The position numbers and the translations under genes are program-made. The notes under the pieces are model-generated. The model ran no database searches. It was not told the DNA's origin and saw only the letters and a list, made by a program, of their open reading frames with translations. Shown here piece after piece: positions 57,731 to 64,000 of a stretch of 64,000 nt of DNA (the stretch's first letter is position 1; each line of letters begins with the position of its first letter). Source of the DNA: a virus (taxonomy: Duplodnaviria; Caudoviricetes); the IMG/VR virus record IMGVR_UViG_3300011008_000028, one strand, 5' to 3'.

Positions 57731-58939
57731 TTATAAGTCAGGCCGGCCACACTTTCTCCCGTACTTGTCCTCGAAGGTATATAGCCGATTAAATCCCTTT
57801 GCCAATTGATTGATCGTACAATTCCCGCAGATTTCTCCGTCGGTGTAGTTGAGATGAGTGATCGCTAGAGAATGCTTAAAGTCCGGATGCATGTTCGAAG
57901 ACATGGATAACGTCTGTTGCAGATCCTTACTGATTCGCCTCATCATAGCAGGGCCATCAAATGTGCCATATCGGATAGAGCCTTGATAGTCGTTGGGAAT
58001 ATTTGTCATATCAACTATATTGGGATTAATTTCGTCAACAGGACACTCTGTTGGGAATCTTCCGGCCCCATGTCTGGTGAAGTAAGATCTGGTAACATAT
58101 ACGATTTCAATCTCGGATATGTACTTGAACTGGGTATGGGCTAATCGTTGAATCGGAATCTTTGATCCAGTGGAACTTGCACTGACGTTGGGATACTCAT
58201 CGACATTATCCTGATCGAGAGCCAGACCTTGGCCTCCTTCGAATATCACAGTATCATACCGACCTATGAAGTCATAATTAGCATAATACTCGTGGACATG
58301 ACGTTGCATCTTTCTGAAATCATCAAGATAGTGCTCGATTAATCCATCAGAGTTCATCATCGTCAGGTACGGTTCAGGAGCAGTAACTCCATATTCATGT
58401 AATCTGAGAAATGCCCTATCTCTATTTATCTTAAGTATGTCTTTGAATGCTTCATCGGAAAGTCTTGATAAACTTAAATACCGATCAGCGAGTCTATTGG
58501 TTTCATACCGTTGTACCGTTTCCCAGATGCCCATACCCACACTACCGTGTCGTTCACTACCTCTAGCTTCTTCAACCACACGATTGACAATCATGTCATA
58601 TGGGATAGTAACTCGACAATGGGGGTCGATTAATACATATGGATCATATCCAAGTTCGATAAGCTCATTGTATTCCCGTACAAATTCCATCGGATTGACC
58701 ATAAAGTCTTTATCAAAGAAGGTATCTGCGTTAGCTAATGTTCCTGACCCGAAATGATGGAATACATGCTTGACTCCGATTTTATAATCGACAGTATGGC
58801 CACGTTGTGGCCCACCATTGTACAGAATGTTGAGGCAACGTTTAGATTCTTCTCTGGCTTCTCTGGAGAATACATTAGTCAGCAATCCTTTGCCTTCATC
58901 ACCGTAATTGGCGCCGATGATTATTTTAACCTTAGTCAT
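57731..58939 (-). CDS. purA: adenylosuccinate synthetase-like protein
   Basis: IGANYGDEGKG, NGGPQRGHTV, HHFGSG, HGSVGMGI, FEGGQGL.LD, TRSYFTRHGAG. Confidence 0.85.
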   Translation of the reverse strand: MTKVKIIIGANYGDEGKGLLTNVFSREAREESKRCLNILYNGGPQRGHTVDYKIGVKHVFHHFGSGTLANADTFFDKDFMVNPMEFVREYNELIELGYDPYVLIDPHCRVTIPYDMIVNRVVEEARGSERHGSVGMGIWETVQRYETNRLADRYLSLSRLSDEAFKDILKINRDRAFLRLHEYGVTAPEPYLTMMNSDGLIEHYLDDFRKMQRHVHEYYANYDFIGRYDTVIFEGGQGLALDQDNVDEYPNVSASSTGSKIPIQRLAHTQFKYISEIEIVYVTRSYFTRHGAGRFPTECPVDEINPNIVDMTNIPNDYQGSIRYGTFDGPAMMRRISKDLQQTLSMSSNMHPDFKHSLAITHLNYTDGEICGNCTINQLAKGFNRLYTFEDKYGRKCGRPDL

Positions 58940-58943
58940 CTCA

Positions 58944-59810
58944 TCACCAGCTGATCTCGTTACTCAGTGCAGGGATTGTATCCCCATTCATTGCTGCCTG
59001 TCCTTTCACGATGTCAACTATGACCGCCGGTAATTCGTTTATAGTAACGACTTTGAGATGATCTCCCAGAAGATCACCGAATGATTTCGAGATCCTCCCA
59101 GCGTGTCTGTTATAGCAGGTTTCGTCATCCTTCACGGCCAGATGATACACATCAAACTTCTTGATGACATCCTTGTACAGTTCCGTCGTCTCGACATCAG
59201 CCTGAAGATTATCGCCTGTGCACGCCATTAGTTTGATCTTGGGGAGATATGGGTTAAGCGGTTCATCACCAAGCGTAATGATAATTCCCTTCTTACCTCT
59301 CTTCCAGCAGTCGAGAGATGTATGATTGAGCCCCATATACCATGCTGCGGTATATGATTCATACTGGTTTCCACCGCCGCCAGCTTCGAACCAGATCTTA
59401 TCGAGTTGATCAGCAATTCTGATATCAGATTCGAACTGGGATATTTGGATTGGTGCCGAATCCCACTCGAGATCTCCGATGCCCATGATCATGAATTCAA
59501 CGTCCTGCACGGAGTCATAGATATCACTCATGATCACACTCAGGCATTTTGCACACTGTGCAGCGGCATCACCCATTGATCCTGTTACATCCAGTGCGAG
59601 AATCACCGGAATCGTATTCGGATGCTCTTGGGAATCACAACACTCACGCATTACCCCTCTCGGATCAAGTACCGAGTTGAGCTTGTGAGCTTTGTATATA
59701 TCCTGTGCAGAATACAAATCACTCAGTTTACCAGTCGAGAGATCAATGTCTCTGCCCATACTCATTGAGTAACTTGTAAATGCGTCTCTTGTCCAACTTC
59801 CTCCACCCAT
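58944..59810 (-). CDS. vWA domain protein
   Basis: MGGGSW N-terminus, MIDAS ALDVTGSM, GGGGNQYESY, ITLGDE. Confidence 0.85.
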   Translation of the reverse strand: MGGGSWTRDAFTSYSMSMGRDIDLSTGKLSDLYSAQDIYKAHKLNSVLDPRGVMRECCDSQEHPNTIPVILALDVTGSMGDAAAQCAKCLSVIMSDIYDSVQDVEFMIMGIGDLEWDSAPIQISQFESDIRIADQLDKIWFEAGGGGNQYESYTAAWYMGLNHTSLDCWKRGKKGIIITLGDEPLNPYLPKIKLMACTGDNLQADVETTELYKDVIKKFDVYHLAVKDDETCYNRHAGRISKSFGDLLGDHLKVVTINELPAVIVDIVKGQAAMNGDTIPALSNEISW

Positions 59811-59813
59811 GTA

Positions 59814-60557
59814 TTATTCCTCCTCTGCTTCCTCTTCTTTATCATCGAGAAGATCTACGTCGTCATCATCGAAATCAAACACATCGCCGAACAGGTCGTC
59901 GAAGTTTCCACCGCCCATCATCATGAACGGGAGCATCGACCCCATGGGGTTGGAATTGTTATCATCACCTTTGAACATCGACGAGATCAGCATATACTTC
60001 ATGATCTTGCTGAAGCCGCCCTTCTTCTTTTTGCCGCCTGAGAAGTTGGAGCCGAAGATAGATACGATCTTACCGTAGAAGTACTGGCTGCCCATGAACA
60101 TGTGTCTTTCAGGGAGAATAGTATCGATTGTGGCATCTTCATAGTTTACTACGGTGATCTTATTCTTCTCTGCCTCGATAACGCATCTGGGTTTGCCAGA
60201 TACAAGAATGATATCGCCGGGTTCGACCTTGTTGGTCGGGATTACGAAGAACATATCATCTGCCATATCAATTACGAAATTGCTGCAGTTGGTAAGCTTG
60301 TTATTCTTCAGATTGTATGTCTTGTAACCGCCGTTGGTCTTAACTGCGATTGAACCCGACATTGAAAGCCTGCACATACCCGGCGCGATTTTGCCGAACA
60401 TTTTGCCGAACATACCTGTTGTATCCATTTGTAATATTGCACCCATTTGATTTACCTCCGTTTGATTTGTTTCAATTTCACTGCTGGCTACGTCCAAATT
60501 CTCGCCCCTCGAAATAGATTCACATAAAGCATTTAGTCTCGCTAATGCATCTGCCAC
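59814..60557 (-). CDS. hypothetical protein preceding vWA/PurA-like genes
   Basis: FGKI..RLSM.G.IAVK..YKTY, MP.MMM motifs; alternative start ATG 60446 after GGAGG. Confidence 0.7.
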   Translation of the reverse strand: MADALARLNALCESISRGENLDVASSEIETNQTEVNQMGAILQMDTTGMFGKMFGKIAPGMCRLSMSGSIAVKTNGGYKTYNLKNNKLTNCSNFVIDMADDMFFVIPTNKVEPGDIILVSGKPRCVIEAEKNKITVVNYEDATIDTILPERHMFMGSQYFYGKIVSIFGSNFSGGKKKKGGFSKIMKYMLISSMFKGDDNNSNPMGSMLPFMMMGGGNFDDLFGDVFDFDDDDVDLLDDKEEEAEEE

Positions 60558-60635
60558 CTCGAGAGACGGAGAAAACTGATAGGGTTTACCTCACATATTT
60601 GATCGCCCTCTTCCTCCTTTATAAATTTAATTAAA

Positions 60636-60666
60636 CACACCACGTGGGAAGTTCCCACGTGGTGTG
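60636..60666. terminator. palindromic hairpin
   Basis: CACACCACGTGGGAA-g-TTCCCACGTGGTGTG. Confidence 0.65.
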
Positions 60667-60711
60667 GAATCAAGTAAATGTATTTCAACGCATCCTTGCG
60701 ACTTGGGATGA

Positions 60712-61350
60712 TTACAGGGGTCTGAGCTCGCCCACCTGTTCTTCATCCATATTCACGATGGGGATTTCCCCACGCAGTCCGAAGAAGCACTTCTTGATTA
60801 TCTCTGCATCCCAGAGTGAATTGTGCTTCTGCTCATCATCCCCAGGAAGAACCCCGGCATATTTCTCACGAGAGTAATCCGGGTCAATACCGTCTGCCCA
60901 GAATGCCGTCGAAAGGTCAATAGGGATGTATGAGAATGTTTTCGGAATATCAAATCCATTTCCCCACATCATTTCTGCAAAGAGCATCCAGTCGTATGCA
61001 TAGCAGTCTGTGTAGAACTGGATCTGATCCTCATTTCCGTTCTTAATGTAATTATTGAGATGAAGGGACTTGAACCATGCCTTGAGTTCCTTCTTAATCT
61101 CTTCCGTTGATCCTCTCATATCGACATTCACGACTGTATCATTGTTGAACGATTTACGCTCAATGCAGTCTTTGTTGAACCTAAGCCTGGGAAGGATCGT
61201 CCCTGTGACGAACTCATTGAGATGATCATCGTCATAGTCATTGAACTCAGCATAGAAGTGATGGTTGGATTCATCAACTAACCCAATGGAAATCAACGTT
61301 CCTCTTCTGCTGAGTTCGGTAAACTCCGTGTCAAAGTATACCTGTATCAT
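60712..61350 (-). CDS. DEDDh 3'-5' exonuclease (Rv2179c-like)
   Basis: YFDTEFT, ISIGLV, AYDW, HNSLWDA. Confidence 0.85.
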   Translation of the reverse strand: MIQVYFDTEFTELSRRGTLISIGLVDESNHHFYAEFNDYDDDHLNEFVTGTILPRLRFNKDCIERKSFNNDTVVNVDMRGSTEEIKKELKAWFKSLHLNNYIKNGNEDQIQFYTDCYAYDWMLFAEMMWGNGFDIPKTFSYIPIDLSTAFWADGIDPDYSREKYAGVLPGDDEQKHNSLWDAEIIKKCFFGLRGEIPIVNMDEEQVGELRPL

Positions 61351-61412
61351 ATGTCCTCCTTTAGTGCATACATGTCTGATCTCATCTGAAGAATATATAC
61401 ATATGGAATATA

Positions 61413-62357
61413 CTATTCAGTCAGCATGTCTTCGAGTGTAATTGATTCGTTAGACAGAATCAAGAAATTCAGAACCTGACTCATCAATTCCCGTTTGTTT
61501 ATAGATATTTCCTGGCCCAACAGTCCTTGTTCCTCATATATAACGAAACGGTATTTCGAATTGACGAATGTGATTAAGAATTTCTTTATTATGTCTTCAT
61601 TCATGTCAACGACGGTGGAATAGTATTTATCCACCAGAGCGTTGTATTCCGGATCATCTTTCAGATACTTTGTATCCTTTACATACAGCTTCTCACCTAC
61701 AGGTGTTTCTTCGATGTTTGCTGTAAGAAGCAACGGTAAAGTTGAATCCAGTAACATGTCCTTGGTGATGCCCATTCTGCGCATAATATCATTGCGCATG
61801 ATCAGAAGCATTCTGTACCAGTCATAGTTACGGAGCAACTTAAACTCCTGGGATGATCCTGTATAGTTGAAGAAGTAGATCTCGATCAGTTGTTCTTGAA
61901 GAGCATTGGGTTTCATATTACGTCTGTAATATTCAATCTCTTCTTGAGAGATCTCATTCTTATATGGCTCAAAGAGCCTGTCAACCAGTTGATGTATATC
62001 TCGTGTACATGTGAACACATGCTCCTCATTAACTTTCATTTTGGAAGCCCTGTAACGATCATTCTTTGAATTTCCGTCATTGTCGACAACGGGGTTCGTC
62101 TCCACAAGATTACGTCTGAAGACCTGGATAATGAAAATGGATATATGTGTATTGATGATGGAGGCAAGGAAGCTAAGAACCCTTTCGTTTGGCTGGTTCT
62201 TATTGTGATTCCATGTACGAGGAAGTGAAAACTTAATTAAGTTATCTACTATGAGATTCTTTGACATTAACTGGCTGATTATTGTAGATTTATCTTTGCC
62301 TTCTATCTCCTGCTGCTCAAAGATCGATCTGTTGAATGAGTATGATGAATTGCTAAA
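61413..62357 (-). CDS. 3' exon of the sigma-like promoter-specificity subunit of nvRNAP (AR9 gp226 / phiKZ gp68-like)
   Basis: frame stays open 30 codons upstream of the tracked ATG to the intron terminal G near 62359; RVLSFLASII, DNDGNSKNDR, PNALQEQLIEIYF and LMSQVLNFLIL resemble gp226 blocks as recalled (not searched). Confidence 0.65.
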   Translation of the reverse strand, partial: FSNSSYSFNRSIFEQQEIEGKDKSTIISQLMSKNLIVDNLIKFSLPRTWNHNKNQPNERVLSFLASIINTHISIFIIQVFRRNLVETNPVVDNDGNSKNDRYRASKMKVNEEHVFTCTRDIHQLVDRLFEPYKNEISQEEIEYYRRNMKPNALQEQLIEIYFFNYTGSSQEFKLLRNYDWYRMLLIMRNDIMRRMGITKDMLLDSTLPLLLTANIEETPVGEKLYVKDTKYLKDDPEYNALVDKYYSTVVDMNEDIIKKFLITFVNSKYRFVIYEEQGLLGQEISINKRELMSQVLNFLILSNESITLEDMLTE

Positions 62358-62358
62358 T

Positions 62359-64000
62359 CTTAACTCTATCTTTCAATAGATGATGTGACTATATCTTCGT
62401 AAGGGCGGCTATTACCACCACCCTCCGTCTCTCGTTTCGGTACTAGGCATACACCTTTCCCTACTCTACTAGCAATTACTGAGGTATTTCTCCATCAGTA
62501 TTGGTTTTCGATAGTCGATGAACGCTTAACTATTATAAGGAATTACATCAAGCTTATTTAGTATTTCCTGATGCTCTGCCGAAAGTCTCGTCAATATTGA
62601 TTTAAATTCTCCGAACGTATATCGAGTATCAGTTCCTATTTCACTTACAATACATGAATCGTCTAATACGTCGTTGGGGCATGCTATTACATATGATTCG
62701 AGTCCATCAGTAGTATACTCTCTCTGAGAATCTACGAACCTAATCTTGTCGCCAATAGATCCATTTGTATAATGAATACTCCCATCGATATCGATAAGCA
62801 TAGTTCGATTATATATAATAACATAGAAATCCCAGTTGTGATATGGACTGATATGAATAGAACCCGTAAATGGATTGATAGGAAATTTCTTATCAAACAT
62901 TTCATGCTTCCTGGTATTGAAATAATGGACCCTATACTGAATTTTCAGAGATGACAGGAAATCTGAAAATAATCTTTCCGTATCGGAATCAAATGGTGAT
63001 AAATCCATAGAAGAATTCGATTCGATGGCTGCATTATAACAGAAATCTTCAAATTGTTCTCTACTTAAATTTGCCCACCATTGTTTTTTCTTATCAGCAA
63101 TTGATTGCAATTGACTATCATCGAGCGATCGCCAATAATTTTTCCGATATGCTGAAATAATTTCAGACATTGTCTTCAGTTCATCTTCGTTCAATGATGC
63201 CCACCATCGTTTTACTCGTTCAGATCGTTCCATAGATATGCGTCTAAGTTCGTCTAATGATAGACTTCGCCAATATCGTTGCGATGCCTCACGAAGTTTT
63301 TTAGCTCTAGCTTCCCGTTGCTCTAACGTCAAATTCTTCATGAATTTATTTTGTGCATCTGACATCTTTTGAGACATCTCTTGTCGTCCTAACTCATCTA
63401 GATTATCCCAGAAAGCCTGAATATTATTCCGACATTGATTTGCATATCTATCCAATTCTTCTTTAGATTTGTTAGCCCAGGTTGCTTGAGTTTTTGCTCG
63501 AGTTTTGGCTTTTTCTTCTTCTGAGTGAGATTTTCGCGTCGTGGCCACTTTTTCATATGATTCCTGCATCACTCTGGCATTGTCTGCCATAAGATCGTCA
63601 TAAACTTTTTGGCGAAATTCTGTAGCATGTTTGAGACTTTGATCAGTCGGATTCTTGTCTGAATATCTACAGTCATCACATTTAAATTGCTTATTTTTGC
63701 GAAATTTTGAAATGAATGTAGTATACCTCACCGTGTATATCTTATTACAGATATCACAACATGTACTAACGGGTCGAGCTGCTCGTTCGGCATAAAAACT
63801 TTTGTCTAGCATATCACCGTGCCCTCCTTTCATGAATATACATATGTAGAAGATAAAGTATATTCTATTACAGAAAGGAGTTTTGTTTCTTTATAATAGT
63901 TAATTAGCTGCGTATGATTGCCCAATCCTAACTGATTTTACCATCCCTGGACCGTTATATCCAGTGCTGCACTATCTGTCACCAGTAGCCGCGGTTAGTT
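62359..64000 (-). mobile_element. group I intron 6 (5' end outside the window) with Vsr/EDxHD-like endonuclease
   Basis: P5abc-like GCACUGG..AUAACG..CCAGGGAUGGUAAAA, Q ACGCAGC, R UUCAUCGACUA, S AAGAUAUAGUC. Confidence 0.85.
62526..63812 (-). CDS. intron-encoded Vsr-like homing endonuclease, paralog of 53972..55204
   Basis: CDIC..CDDC, W..L..EL repeats, DTERLF..HNWDF..IDIDGSIH..DSQR.Y.TDGL..YVI. Confidence 0.75.
   Translation of the reverse strand: MLDKSFYAERAARPVSTCCDICNKIYTVRYTTFISKFRKNKQFKCDDCRYSDKNPTDQSLKHATEFRQKVYDDLMADNARVMQESYEKVATTRKSHSEEEKAKTRAKTQATWANKSKEELDRYANQCRNNIQAFWDNLDELGRQEMSQKMSDAQNKFMKNLTLEQREARAKKLREASQRYWRSLSLDELRRISMERSERVKRWWASLNEDELKTMSEIISAYRKNYWRSLDDSQLQSIADKKKQWWANLSREQFEDFCYNAAIESNSSMDLSPFDSDTERLFSDFLSSLKIQYRVHYFNTRKHEMFDKKFPINPFTGSIHISPYHNWDFYVIIYNRTMLIDIDGSIHYTNGSIGDKIRFVDSQREYTTDGLESYVIACPNDVLDDSCIVSEIGTDTRYTFGEFKSILTRLSAEHQEILNKLDVIPYNS

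Noticed and set aside
57731-58939. PurZ / 2-aminoadenine (Z) genome pathway
   Set aside because: The protein keeps the PurA-type GDEGKG Asp rather than the PurZ GS(T/C)GKG, and there is no DatZ or MazZ neighbour in the window.
5740-60666. CRISPR array or MITE family formed by the palindromes
   Set aside because: The elements are dispersed, non-identical, and lack regular spacers and target-site duplications.
1-64000. Stop-codon reassignment, tRNA or rRNA genes
   Set aside because: Conserved genes are full length in code 11, fragmentation of the RNAP gene is explained by introns, and no cloverleaf or rRNA signature was seen by eye (tRNAscan not run).

Overview
A 64-kb segment of a phiKZ/AR9-PBS1-related jumbo bacteriophage (standard genetic code, strong GGAGG Shine-Dalgarno sites, probably a Firmicutes host). 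It carries a prohead protease with candidate head proteins, three split RNA polymerase subunits plus an AR9 gp226-like sigma-like subunit, an intein-containing GyrA, an NAD-dependent ligase, an SbcC-like ATPase, a PolB-like fragment, a shortened PPK1, a protein kinase, a vWA/PurA-like module and a complete pncA-pncB-nadD-nadE NAD salvage cluster. The non-virion RNAP beta'-N gene, which contains the NADFDGD motif, is split into 6 exons by 5 group I introns, 4 of them with homing endonucleases. The first intron appears to lack its 5' half. A sixth intron interrupts the sigma-like gene. Outside the ORF track there are two orphan ~108-nt cassettes (209-316 and 27489-27596) that differ almost only at codon positions 1-2, as expected for DGR variable regions. 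Neither sits in a target gene, and the window holds no template or reverse transcriptase. Other features include a family of long, nearly loop-less palindromes, a TATATTAT promoter motif and a candidate -1 frameshift. All family assignments rest on motifs recognised by eye; no searches were run.
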